Part shown: positions 17,047 through 26,701 of the stretch, piece after piece | Position numbering within the stretch: the first letter of the stretch is position 1 | Layout of the letters: each line of letters begins with the position of its first letter | Assembly (NCBI GenBank): GCA_038065255.1 | Contig: JBBTRI010000006.1 | Span: 73,240 to 137,239 of the forward strand | From: Patescibacteria group bacterium | GTDB lineage: Bacteria > Patescibacteriota > Patescibacteriia > JACQRZ01 | DNA length: 64,000 bases | Direction of reading: 5' to 3' | Made by a program: the position numbers and the translations under genes | The notes under the pieces: model-generated | The model's input: the letters and a program-made list of their open reading frames with translations, nothing else | Databases searched by the model: none | Told to the model about the DNA's origin: nothing

Positions 17047-18621
17047 ATGAAAACGATGAGCGATATCGCACGCCGACTCTCGAGGATCAAGCGAATCAAA
17101 ATTACGCCCGATCTTTCGTCATTGAGTGAAAATGCACTCCTTGCGCTTACGTATTGCGTTCAAGCGGCAAGACTTATCACAACCGTTTATCGCAAGCAGG
17201 CGTGGAACGATGATACTGGACTTGCTCTTAAGATGAGTAAGAGGCAGGACGAAGAAGGTAAGCAGATATTTGATTACATGTGTGTTCAGGGAGACCCATG
17301 GGATAGCGGTGATGGTTTTGCGCCGTTTGTTCCTGACTACGATGTAGCTCGTCCACTCGGCGGAGCGCTGTATCCATCTGGACTTACCAAAGCAGGCTGG
17401 GAAGTCCATCTTACCGAGCATCCGGAAGATCAAGAAGCCTTTGAAGATCCAAATACCGTTATTCGCCGACTTAACGACAGGCTCATTGCTATTCCCTATA
17501 GTAATGCCTACCTTAAGGATCTCAAAGATGCTGCTCAACGGCTTGATATGGCATCTGACCTCCTTGATGATGGACCGCTCAAAGAGTATCTCGAATTGCG
17601 TTCGAAGGAACTTATTTCGAATACGTACTGGGATGGCGACATAGCATGGGTGCATACCACAGGCCTGCCATTCGAGATCAACATTGGTCCCTATGAAGTG
17701 CACCGGGATTTGCTTCTGGGTCTGAAGGCAGCATTCCAGGCGTTTATCGGTATCAGGGACGAGGAGTCCACTCGTGACTTCGAAGGCTTTGTGCCACATG
17801 CGCTTGCGTTTGACCAACAACTCGCCCAGTCACACGGCTTTACACCTCGCGGAACATCGATCCCGATGGTTGTAGTGCATGATGTGTATCGTGGAGGAGT
17901 GCTTGCGTTTGGACGTCAGTTTACCGCACAGAATCTTCCGAATGACCGACGCATCCACAAGTTGGTGGGTTCGAGGAAGGTGTTCTCTCGCTTCATGCTC
18001 GATGCAAAGCCGGAGTACATACTACAGCCGATTGCACAACGTATTTTTACCGGAGACAATACCCCGTATTGTACGCCTCGAGCATTCCGCTTGTTTGTGG
18101 GTGCACATGAGATTGCGCACGGCATGGGACCTACGGAAGTTGCCGGCGAACAAGAACACGTGGAAGTGCGTTCGCGCCTCAAGGACTACCACACGATCAT
18201 CGAAGAAGCCAAAGCAGATGCGCTTGGCATAGCTCTTTTGGCATACTGCCGGGATTGCGGATATATCACCGAAGAAGAACTGCGCGATGTCGTATGGACG
18301 CTCTACTCACTCTATTTCAGTGAATTCAAGAGAGGGTTCAAAGGACATGGCGGCGGTAATCTTATTCAGTATAATTGGTTGAGCGAGCGCGGAGCATTCC
18401 AGTTTTCGAGTACTGACGGGACGCTTGACGTAGATGTTGACGCGACGATTGAAGCTCTCAAGGAACTTGCAGATGTGTTCATGGAGATTCAGTCAGGTGG
18501 GAGTAGGAATCGTGCCGCAGACTTTATTGAGGTTTATAGCTCTGTACCGGTCGAGATTCCAGAAATGCTCAAATTGATCGAAGATGTCCCGCTGGACGTT
18601 CATCCGACATTTATCGTTTAA
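17047..18621 (+). CDS. Zn metallopeptidase, M49/dipeptidyl-peptidase III-like
   Basis: IGPYEV.RD, AQNLPND, HEIAHGMGP, EEAKAD motifs. Own promoter TTGACA-N17-TATATC. Confidence 0.8.
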   Translation: MKTMSDIARRLSRIKRIKITPDLSSLSENALLALTYCVQAARLITTVYRKQAWNDDTGLALKMSKRQDEEGKQIFDYMCVQGDPWDSGDGFAPFVPDYDVARPLGGALYPSGLTKAGWEVHLTEHPEDQEAFEDPNTVIRRLNDRLIAIPYSNAYLKDLKDAAQRLDMASDLLDDGPLKEYLELRSKELISNTYWDGDIAWVHTTGLPFEINIGPYEVHRDLLLGLKAAFQAFIGIRDEESTRDFEGFVPHALAFDQQLAQSHGFTPRGTSIPMVVVHDVYRGGVLAFGRQFTAQNLPNDRRIHKLVGSRKVFSRFMLDAKPEYILQPIAQRIFTGDNTPYCTPRAFRLFVGAHEIAHGMGPTEVAGEQEHVEVRSRLKDYHTIIEEAKADALGIALLAYCRDCGYITEEELRDVVWTLYSLYFSEFKRGFKGHGGGNLIQYNWLSERGAFQFSSTDGTLDVDVDATIEALKELADVFMEIQSGGSRNRAADFIEVYSSVPVEIPEMLKLIEDVPLDVHPTFIV

Positions 18622-18642
18622 GACCCCACGGGGTCTTTTTTT
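18620..18642 (+). terminator. Intrinsic terminator
   Basis: AAGACCC-cacg-GGGTCTT followed by a T-tract. Confidence 0.75.
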
Positions 18643-18702
18643 ATACTTTACATACTATGGCAAACTATGCTATAGTATGTCATAATCATATTATTCCTAT
18701 AT

Positions 18703-18942
18703 ATGCCAAATTATAACATCTCTCTTAATAAAGGACTCGCTCAGATTGTTACTACCGAGATACGGAAGAAAAAATATGCGAACAGGAGTGAATTTTTTCG
18801 TGATCTTATTCGGCGTCGCTATGTATTACGCGAATCAGATGTTGTGATAGATAATATTTTGCCATCGGATCCGGACTATACGCTCGTTCGAAAACGTAAA
18901 AAGAATGCTTCATTTGCTCTTCTTGCAAGCCTCCGGAATTAG
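18703..18942 (+). CDS. Ribbon-helix-helix antitoxin (ParD/CopG-like)
   Basis: YNISL...YANRSEFFRDLIRR. Directly upstream of a RelE-type toxin. Confidence 0.75.
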   Translation: MPNYNISLNKGLAQIVTTEIRKKKYANRSEFFRDLIRRRYVLRESDVVIDNILPSDPDYTLVRKRKKNASFALLASLRN

Positions 18943-18945
18943 CAT

Positions 18946-19200
18946 ATGTATCTTGTACGTATTGAGCGTCGAGCAGTAAGGGAATTTAAAAAGATTGATG
19001 TTTCTCAACAAAGTATAATTTTAGAAAAAATCTCAAGTATTCTTTCGCTATGTCCATTTCCAAGAGGAGGAAATCCAAAACGACTTAGTGGAACTCAGGC
19101 CTTTCGTTTGCGCATAGGTGATTACAGAGTGCTCTATACCGTCGAAGGGCATTCTGTTTTTATTTATGCAATTCGCCACCGAAAAGATACCTATAGATAG
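18946..19200 (+). CDS. relE: RelE/ParE family toxin
   Basis: KRLSG...FRLRIGDYRVLY...IRHRKDTYR. Confidence 0.85.
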   Translation: MYLVRIERRAVREFKKIDVSQQSIILEKISSILSLCPFPRGGNPKRLSGTQAFRLRIGDYRVLYTVEGHSVFIYAIRHRKDTYR

Positions 19201-19216
19201 TGGTGGAATGTATTCT

Positions 19217-19918
19217 ATGAAGCTCAAAGCAAATCTCCATTTTCATACCCGAGAGGATCCGCAGGATAGCATTCCCTATACGCTTCACGAGGGAATTGAT
19301 GAGGCGGCGCGCCTGCATTTTGATGTACTTGCGCTTACGCTTCATAATAGGTTTGGGTATACAAAAGATGCTGCAGAGTATGCGCGTGAGCGTGGCATTC
19401 TTTTGATCCCGGGGATTGAGAAAACAATTCATGGACGGCATGTCGTATTGTTGAATTGCGATTCCGATGCCGAATCAATTGTCTCTTTTGAAGCCCTCGC
19501 CGAATATCGGAAAAACCATCCTGATTGTTTTGTGCTAGCGCCGCATCCGTACTATGCCGTTTTTTCACTAAAGGAAAAACTTGAACAGTATAGTGATTTG
19601 TTTGATGCTGTAGAATGGAGCTGGTATTATTCCTCATGGTTTCACAGTGCAAACGATTCAGCGCGCGAGTTTGCTAAAAACCATACCAAACCATTTATTG
19701 CAACGTCGGATACGCACAGGCTTCGTTATTTGAATCGATCATACGCCATGATTGATGCTGAATCAAAAGATACTCTGAATATCATCAGTGCACTGCGGCG
19801 TGGCATGTTTGAGAATATATCACGGCCATCTTCCCTCCTCGTAGAAATAATTGCGCATCAACTTTGGATGACAGCAAATGATGAAATTATGCGATTGCTT
19901 GGTAAGAAATGCTTATGA
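19217..19918 (+). CDS. PHP domain phosphoesterase
   Basis: NLHFHT, LTLHN, PGIE, HVV, APHPY, TSDTH. Start is ATG 19208 or 19217. Confidence 0.8.
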   Translation: MKLKANLHFHTREDPQDSIPYTLHEGIDEAARLHFDVLALTLHNRFGYTKDAAEYARERGILLIPGIEKTIHGRHVVLLNCDSDAESIVSFEALAEYRKNHPDCFVLAPHPYYAVFSLKEKLEQYSDLFDAVEWSWYYSSWFHSANDSAREFAKNHTKPFIATSDTHRLRYLNRSYAMIDAESKDTLNIISALRRGMFENISRPSSLLVEIIAHQLWMTANDEIMRLLGKKCL

Positions 19919-20021
19919 CGCGTCCTTTTAATGAAACATATGCAACTCCAGACTCTTGCCAGACAGATCTAAATATGAGATTCTTTCTCAGGTTTCCCTC
20001 AATCATGATTTCCTAGTATAT

Positions 20022-20498
20022 ATGGAAGCGTTAAAACAAGAGTATATAACAGTAACCTTAACGTCAGGACAGCTTGAAGATTTGGTGCGCTGTATGTATT
20101 TGGCGCAATGGATGATCAATGGCATCCATACCGAAGATGAGAAGAATAACCGCTATGAACAGCTTGAACAGTACGTGTATGCGCTTGCTAAGCGAGAGGG
20201 AGTGGGGGATATAATCGAGTTTCTTGAAGATCAGAAGAAATTTGCGCTTAAGGATGAATTTGTGGAAACAAACGATGTGGAACAATATCGGCGTAAATAT
20301 GATGATGAAATTTTTTGGAGTGAGCTTATTCAGCGATTAACTGTGCGCGACGTTGTTAATCAGTGGGGGCTCGAGTCGCTATCATCCGTTGGTACACGTG
20401 AAGAAGTGGAACGGCGGCAGCCGTTCTTGCGGAAGTACATTGAGGAGTTCGAAAAAAATGGCGTGCAAAACCTCGTAATAAAAGAGCCAGTGTTATGA
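20022..20498 (+). CDS. Hypothetical acidic protein
   Basis: Long ORF, probably starting at ATG 20022. No motif recognised. Confidence 0.6.
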   Translation: MEALKQEYITVTLTSGQLEDLVRCMYLAQWMINGIHTEDEKNNRYEQLEQYVYALAKREGVGDIIEFLEDQKKFALKDEFVETNDVEQYRRKYDDEIFWSELIQRLTVRDVVNQWGLESLSSVGTREEVERRQPFLRKYIEEFEKNGVQNLVIKEPVL

Positions 20499-20505
20499 AA
20501 CTTAT

Positions 20506-21300
20506 ATGAGCCGGCTTATTGAATTTGAAAATCACAAAGGCGAAGTGCTGAGAGGTATTCTTGACGAAGCGGAAGGCGAACAGGCGATTGTTTTTGTGCA
20601 TGGTTTTGAACGCACAACAATCGAATCGAAATTCAAGCGCATTGTTGATGCGCTGCGGGGCGAGGTAACTCTTTTTCGGTTTGATTTTTCCGGCTGCGGG
20701 CTTTCCGATGGTACCTTTGAAGATCTGACTGTTGAAAAATTGTCCCAAGAGCTTGCATGTGCAGTCGGTGAACTCCACAAGCAGTGTCCCCATGTTCAGA
20801 GCATTTCGTTTGTCGGGTTTTCCTTGGGATGCTGCGTTATTACAAATTGTCTTTTGCGACATAGTATCAAGGCAAAAAAGCTTGTCTTTTTTGCCCCTGG
20901 CTTTAACCAGAAACAATTGTTGCGATATTTTTTTACCAGGCAATGCAATCGGGATAAGAATGTCACCTGGGAAAACTATCAGAAGTATTTTGACGAAAAT
21001 GCATTTCAGCAGAATATCTTGCTTTCAAAACACTTAATGAAAGAGCACTATCTTTCGAACACCTACTTTATCGAGAATGCCGAGAAAGATTATCAGAGTG
21101 ATTTCATATCTCTTGGAATCGATCCTGCCAATGTTTTGATACTCCAAGGTGTTGTTGACGATAAAGTCCCACCTTCGAGCAATGCGGAAAGTTACAAGGC
21201 ATACAACCCGTTGTTTGTGGATGGAGGGGATCACGATCTTCAACGCCCTGATATGGTTGAGCAGTATGCTCCTCAACTCATTTCATTTCTCACTACATAG
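20506..21300 (+). CDS. Alpha/beta hydrolase
   Basis: VHGF, RFDFSGCGLSDG, GFSLG nucleophile elbow, DDKVP, GGDH. Confidence 0.85.
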   Translation: MSRLIEFENHKGEVLRGILDEAEGEQAIVFVHGFERTTIESKFKRIVDALRGEVTLFRFDFSGCGLSDGTFEDLTVEKLSQELACAVGELHKQCPHVQSISFVGFSLGCCVITNCLLRHSIKAKKLVFFAPGFNQKQLLRYFFTRQCNRDKNVTWENYQKYFDENAFQQNILLSKHLMKEHYLSNTYFIENAEKDYQSDFISLGIDPANVLILQGVVDDKVPPSSNAESYKAYNPLFVDGGDHDLQRPDMVEQYAPQLISFLTT

Positions 21301-21306
21301 CGCACA

Positions 21307-21789
21307 ATGATTGCAGTTCTCCACAATATTCGCAGTATCCATAATGTCGGTTCGATTTTTCGAACTGCCGATGCTGTCGGTATTGCAAAGCTTTTTTTGT
21401 GCGGCATAACGCCTGCGCCAATTGACGACTATGGACGGCAACGAAGCGCTCTATTGAAAGTGTCGCTAGGCGCCGAGCAAAGTGTCTACTGGGAATCGGC
21501 GTCGTCAACTCTTGATGTTCTCATGGATCTTCGTACACAGGGGTATATTCTCTGCGCTTTAGAGCAAGCGCCGTCATCTATTTCGCTCTACTCGTATCCT
21601 TTCGCTGTGGATATACTTGATCGGTTGGCAATCATTGTGGGTAATGAAATCGACGGATTACCGCAGGATGTCATGCAGTTAGCTGACGCGATTGTCCACA
21701 TTCCTATGTATGGAAATAAGGAATCACTCAATGTGTCAGTTGCTTTTGGTATTTGTGTCTATTCGATCCTTGAGCGAACAAAAAAATGA
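21307..21789 (+). CDS. TrmH/SpoU family RNA methyltransferase
   Basis: NVGSIFRTADA, VGNEIDGL, IPMYG.KESLNVSVA. Confidence 0.9.
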   Translation: MIAVLHNIRSIHNVGSIFRTADAVGIAKLFLCGITPAPIDDYGRQRSALLKVSLGAEQSVYWESASSTLDVLMDLRTQGYILCALEQAPSSISLYSYPFAVDILDRLAIIVGNEIDGLPQDVMQLADAIVHIPMYGNKESLNVSVAFGICVYSILERTKK

Positions 21790-21888
21790 ACCACCGCTAG
21801 TTTGCTCATGAGTTGAAAAGGAGAGCTCAACATGATATACTTACCTTAATTGATTGGATGCCCTTTCACACATAGGTAAGACTGGTCT

Positions 21889-22461
21889 ATGGATATATCT
21901 TCTGACACTGGCCTCATTGAGGCTGCGAAGAACAATCCGGAGCATTTTGGACTTCTCTATGAAAAATATAGCGAGAAGGTGTTCAATTTTTTCTATTTTC
22001 ATGTCAATTTCCGCCGTGACGTAGCTGAAGATCTCCGGCAGGAAACATTTTTAAAAGCATTCACCAAAATCTCACAGTTTTCATTTACAAACAATACATC
22101 GTCATACCTCACCTATCTTTTGACGATTGCCCACAATCTACTGGTAAATTATTACCGCGATTGCGAAAAGACTATTTCACTTGATGAGAGGCCGGAATTA
22201 GTGGAAGGTGTCACAATGTCACTGGAAGCACATCTCGATATTGAAGTGATCAAAAAAGTAGTTCATGAACTTCCTTTGTATGAAAAGGAAATTTTCTTGT
22301 TGCGATATGAGATCCAGCTATCGATCACAGAAATTGCTCAAGCAATCCAGAAGACGGAAAATGCCGTTAAACTCATGCTTTCCCGTGCTCGCAAGAAGCT
22401 TGCACAGCACCCCTCACTTAAAGATATGGTCGTTTTGCAGCATGGATATAATCATTCGTAA
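21889..22461 (+). CDS. ECF RNA polymerase sigma factor
   Basis: Region 2 AEDLRQETFLKAF...IAHNLLVNYYR. Region 4 SITEIAQAIQKTENAVKLMLSRARKKL. Confidence 0.88.
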   Translation: MDISSDTGLIEAAKNNPEHFGLLYEKYSEKVFNFFYFHVNFRRDVAEDLRQETFLKAFTKISQFSFTNNTSSYLTYLLTIAHNLLVNYYRDCEKTISLDERPELVEGVTMSLEAHLDIEVIKKVVHELPLYEKEIFLLRYEIQLSITEIAQAIQKTENAVKLMLSRARKKLAQHPSLKDMVVLQHGYNHS

Positions 22462-22670
22462 CGAGCATGTATCATGCTTCATTGACAGTGTTGGTGATTC
22501 ACTAAATACCTCAGGCGATTGATGACACGTTTTTGTTCGCGAGGTGTTACATAGAGTATTAGAAGGCGTTAGGCGGCAAGGAGGTCGACCTCGCTGGCAA
22601 ACCTAATCGGCAGTTCATTCATAACTTAATTCATAACTATAAGTGTTAGTCACTAGAAGGAGTTTCGAAT

Positions 22671-22772
22671 ATGACCACCATCATTGCGTTCAGTCATTTA
22701 TATGAAAGGGCGTATGAATCAGTTGCAATGCTGCTCCGGCAACGTATTCGATCAGATTATGATGACAATTAG
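22671..22772 (+). CDS. Possible 33-aa small protein MTTIIAFSHLYERAYESVAMLLRQRIRSDYDDN
   Basis: AAGGAG 8 nt upstream of the ATG. Translated by hand. Confidence 0.35.
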   Translation: MTTIIAFSHLYERAYESVAMLLRQRIRSDYDDN

Positions 22773-22936
22773 GTATAGGAAATACCACAATCCTTTCATG
22801 GTTTCTTACAATTCGACGCCAGTATCAAAACTTCTTCAAGAAGTTATTCTATGCCCCCTATCAGGGCATACCACGCGAGCACAGCATTGCTCGATGCCGC
22901 ATGATAAAGCGCGGCAGATTCTAAGACAAGAGACAT

Positions 22937-22972
22937 AATCCCGTTATCAACACCCATGGATAACGGGATTTG
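22937..22972. terminator. Strong hairpin, probable terminator
   Basis: AATCCCGTTATC...GATAACGGGATT perfect 12-bp stem. Confidence 0.6.
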
Positions 22973-23012
22973 TCTATTTATGATAGGATATTCGTATATT
23001 CCATGACGTTGT

Positions 23013-24914
23013 ATGAACACCTTTTTTCAAAAAAGCAGTATAGGCATCCTTGTGTGCGCACTCTGCTGGAGCGGTGTGCAGAGTACGGATGCACAAACAG
23101 CGTTTCATTTTTCATCTTCCAAACAAACGGTCAGAGAGCTTCGCGAAACTACCGTACTGCGGTGGGATGCAACAGCGCTTGATGCTGATTATTGCGAGGC
23201 TTCCGGATTTTGGAAAGGAAAGAAAGCTTTGCGTGGGACTCAAGAGGTGAGGCCATGGCTTGACGGGAATTATTATGCGCTCAAGTGCGTTCCCAAAGAT
23301 TCGAATAAAAAACCCGTTACTCTTACTGTGACCATAGATGTTGACAAAGATGTCTTGCCGGAGTATGGAGGATTTCCTGCGATCGATTTTTCCGCAGACA
23401 GCCTTATAATCGAAGAAGGCGGAAGTGCAAAGCTCACGTGGGATGCTCAGGGTGCTGATTATTGCTATGGATATCACAGTACGGCACCAGGTTCGCAAGG
23501 GGATATCAGAGACGAATGGAGCGAAGCGAATGGTCTTGATCCAAAAGGGTCAATAATTATCCATCCACGCGCATCAGGAAGGTACCAGATATCGTGTACC
23601 CTAAAAACCAAATCAACAAACTATTCAAACAGCGAAAGTATCTCTATAACTGTAGGACCGAAGAAACCGACAATTGTTCTTACCGCAAGCAAGCAGTCAG
23701 TAGAGCGAGGGTCGTCTGTTGATCTTTCATGGAACGCACCGGGAGCGCAGAAGTGCTATTCGCTTGCGTATATTCCAAATAAAGACGGATATTTTGCGCA
23801 AGTGGATTTTACGAGTTCTTGGTATAGCCAAAGCCTGCCCATTCAGGGATCAATCACGCTTACGCCATTGTTTTCCACGCAATACTATTTGAATTGTACC
23901 TGGAAAGATGGCGAGCGGGGGAGTACCGCGTCTCAGCGCGCTGTTGCAAAAGTTGCTGTAACAAACTACGGCAGAGATCTCACACCTCCTGCAATACCCA
24001 TTCATACGCCGACCATCATGTCATTTTTTACCGAGCCGATATCTGTTTTTGCCGGAGAAAAAGTATTTGCTGCATGGAAGGCGTTTGATGCTGAACGTTG
24101 TTCATTTGTATCCTATGCCCTAAACAGCTTGGGTGGTGATGATGTCAAAAAGCAACTTCCAATTGAAGGGTCGGGTTCATTTACTCCTCTGAAAAGCGGC
24201 AGATATGGAATTTCATGCACGGCAGAAACCTATGTGCGCGATGAATTGGGCTTAGATTTTGCCACAACAGCCCGCGATGAAGAATGGGAGGATATTGTTG
24301 TCATAACCCCTGAAGACCTTAAGAAAAAACGTGAGGAGCAGGCAAAAGCTTTAACAATCACCTTTTCAACAGACAAGGAAATTGTTGCAAAGGGTAAGAC
24401 TGCATATTTCACATGGGATGCGGTGAATGCAACATCCTGTGTGGCAAAGGGGCCGGCATGGTGGAAGAGCGGAAGGGCATCACGAGGCAGTTTCGAAATC
24501 AAACCCGAGTATACTGCGAAGCACCAACTTGAATGTATCAATGACACAGTTTCCCCTCCTATTAAACGAGTTGCTGAACTTGCAATTACTGTTGTACCCG
24601 CTAATGCTCCGTCGTGGCTTCTTACGAATCCTACACAAAAACCATTTATCGAATTTAAGGTAGACAAAACCACTGTTGAAAAAAAGAAAGCTGTCACATT
24701 CTCGTGGATTGCTTCCTATGCGGAAAGCTGCCGAGGTGAAGGGGCTGCAGCCGGATGGAAAGGAAAGAAAAAACCAACAGGAAGCCACATCCTTTATCTT
24801 CAAGCTGATTACGAAGTTACGCAGCCGTATAGGCTTATTTGCTCCAATAGAAACGGAACAGTTACCTCGCAGGATATTCGCCTATCATTTGCAAAAAAGG
24901 CGAAAAAGAAATAA
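23013..24914 (+). CDS. Secreted protein with five Cys/Trp Ig/PKD-like repeats
   Basis: Signal peptide (..STDA). Five copies of W-x-A..A-x-x-C...G...Y/H-x-(L/I)-x-C. Confidence 0.75.
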   Translation: MNTFFQKSSIGILVCALCWSGVQSTDAQTAFHFSSSKQTVRELRETTVLRWDATALDADYCEASGFWKGKKALRGTQEVRPWLDGNYYALKCVPKDSNKKPVTLTVTIDVDKDVLPEYGGFPAIDFSADSLIIEEGGSAKLTWDAQGADYCYGYHSTAPGSQGDIRDEWSEANGLDPKGSIIIHPRASGRYQISCTLKTKSTNYSNSESISITVGPKKPTIVLTASKQSVERGSSVDLSWNAPGAQKCYSLAYIPNKDGYFAQVDFTSSWYSQSLPIQGSITLTPLFSTQYYLNCTWKDGERGSTASQRAVAKVAVTNYGRDLTPPAIPIHTPTIMSFFTEPISVFAGEKVFAAWKAFDAERCSFVSYALNSLGGDDVKKQLPIEGSGSFTPLKSGRYGISCTAETYVRDELGLDFATTARDEEWEDIVVITPEDLKKKREEQAKALTITFSTDKEIVAKGKTAYFTWDAVNATSCVAKGPAWWKSGRASRGSFEIKPEYTAKHQLECINDTVSPPIKRVAELAITVVPANAPSWLLTNPTQKPFIEFKVDKTTVEKKKAVTFSWIASYAESCRGEGAAAGWKGKKKPTGSHILYLQADYEVTQPYRLICSNRNGTVTSQDIRLSFAKKAKKK

Positions 24915-24971
24915 AGCACCTTGACATACTGGCGGAATGCCATACACTGGCACCGTGAGATTATTGTACCT

Positions 24972-25523
24972 ATGAAAATCAATACAACATCAATTCCTGA
25001 CCTTCTCTATATCACCGATATCCCAATCTTTTCTGATGAGCGAGGAAGTTTCCGAACGCCATTCAGAATAGATATGGGTACCTATCCTCAACTTGCATGG
25101 CTTGAGACTAAGCAGTGGAATATCTCTGAAAATGAGCGGGGAGCGACACGCGGCATTCATGCGGAACCCTGGAATAAGTTTGTGCATGTGATTACCGGCA
25201 AAGCCTTTGCCGCTATTGTCGACCTTACTTTTGGTGAAGCCCCTCGACGTATAGAAATATTCGAGCTGGATGCAACATGTGCATTATATATTCCCAAAGG
25301 TTGCGGTAATTCATTCCAAGCTCTTGACTTCACCATTTATGCGTATTTGACGAGTGAGCTATGGCAGGCCGGAGAAAAATACTTAGCCGTGTCGCTCGAT
25401 GATCCAGAATTGGCGATAGACTGGCCGATTAAGGATCCCGAACGGATCATAAGCGATAAAGATCGTGCGCTTCCAACATGCGTTGAAGTGTTTGGTGAAA
25501 AAATGGTTGTTGGCTATGATTGA
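24972..25523 (+). CDS. rmlC: dTDP-4-dehydrorhamnose 3,5-epimerase
   Basis: FSDERGSF, TRGIHAEPWNK, LYIPKGCGNSFQ, DPELAIDWP...SDKD. Confidence 0.88.
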   Translation: MKINTTSIPDLLYITDIPIFSDERGSFRTPFRIDMGTYPQLAWLETKQWNISENERGATRGIHAEPWNKFVHVITGKAFAAIVDLTFGEAPRRIEIFELDATCALYIPKGCGNSFQALDFTIYAYLTSELWQAGEKYLAVSLDDPELAIDWPIKDPERIISDKDRALPTCVEVFGEKMVVGYD

Positions 25524-26400
25524 TACTTCGCGCATTCTTATTACCGGTGCTTCAGGGCAGCTCGGAAGGGCGTTTAGCGTGCTTCTTGGCGATGCCATGT
25601 TCACCTCGCGCCTTGAACTCGATTGTTCATGGGATACTTGCAAAATTATCTCGGCACTCGAAGTTCTTCAGCCTGCTGCAATTCTTCACACTGCTGCGTA
25701 TACCAATGTTGATGGCGCAGAATCTGACCCCGCAATGGCACTGAGAGTAAACGGATACGCAACGGGAGCATTGGTGGAGTATTGCCGCTCAACTGGCATT
25801 CCGATCGTGTATTTTTCCACCGATTATGTTTTGAATTCCAAGTCGATTGAGGGGCATACCGAGAGCGAAGTTCCAAATCCTCAATCTGTGTACGGAGTAT
25901 CGAAATATGTGGGGGAATTGTATGTGGGAACCTATTCAAGAGGAACAACTATTCGCTTGAGTGGCGTATTTGGGGAAGGAGCTAATTTTGTCAACACACT
26001 ACTGCGACTTTCTGAATCGCTCAACATCATACCCGTGGTATGCGATCAGGTGATGCGACCTACCTATGCGCCGGATGCAGTACAGGCAACACTGCAGCTT
26101 CTTGAACAGCATTGGAGTAATGGAGAATGGCGTCTGCCGCCAATAATTCATATGCAAAACAGCGGACCTGCTGAGAGCTGGGCGCAGTATGCGCAGCAAA
26201 TCTTTTTTCTTGCAGGAAAAAAAACGCGTGTGCAGGAGATCATGTTTGAGCACTATGCGAAAAACAGACTTCCAAAGAAAACTGCCCCACGCCCCTCGGA
26301 TTCGATACTTGATTGCACACTCCTCGAGAGTCTTGGTGTAGATATGTCAAACTGGACAGAATCACTCAAGTCTTTCGTCGAAAATCGTCCCCGAACATGA
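25516..26400 (+). CDS. rmlD: dTDP-4-dehydrorhamnose reductase
   Basis: ITGASGQLG, AAYTNVDGAE, STDYV, YGVSK, DQVMRPT, APRP. Confidence 0.9.
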   Translation: MIDTSRILITGASGQLGRAFSVLLGDAMFTSRLELDCSWDTCKIISALEVLQPAAILHTAAYTNVDGAESDPAMALRVNGYATGALVEYCRSTGIPIVYFSTDYVLNSKSIEGHTESEVPNPQSVYGVSKYVGELYVGTYSRGTTIRLSGVFGEGANFVNTLLRLSESLNIIPVVCDQVMRPTYAPDAVQATLQLLEQHWSNGEWRLPPIIHMQNSGPAESWAQYAQQIFFLAGKKTRVQEIMFEHYAKNRLPKKTAPRPSDSILDCTLLESLGVDMSNWTESLKSFVENRPRT

Positions 26401-26434
26401 ACGGGGATATTTTTTTTGTGATATAGTATGAGAT

Positions 26435-26701
26435 ATGAAGATCTGCTTCAAAGAACGAGTACTTACTGTTGTGCGCGGCATCACACCGGGCCATGTCATG
26501 ACCTATCAACACGTTGCGCAACGTGCGGGTAGTTCCCGGGCAGCCCGCGCCGTTGGGACGATCATGCGTGGCAATCATGATGAAAGTGTGCCGTGCCATC
26601 GTGTTATTCGATCGGATGGAACACTTGGCGGGTATAACGGCGGAGGAACAGAAAAGAAAAAAGAACTCTTAAAACGAGAAGGCTATTATTCGCATGTATG
26701 A
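26435..26701 (+). CDS. O6-alkylguanine-DNA alkyltransferase (stand-alone C-terminal domain)
   Basis: TYQHVA..AARAVG, VPCHRVI, LGGY.GG.EKKKELLKREG. Confidence 0.88.
   Translation: MKICFKERVLTVVRGITPGHVMTYQHVAQRAGSSRAARAVGTIMRGNHDESVPCHRVIRSDGTLGGYNGGGTEKKKELLKREGYYSHV

Noticed and set aside
22595-22640. GGCAAACC resembling the start of a c-di-GMP-I riboswitch
   Set aside because: The GAAA tetraloop stem and downstream GCAAAG elements are missing.
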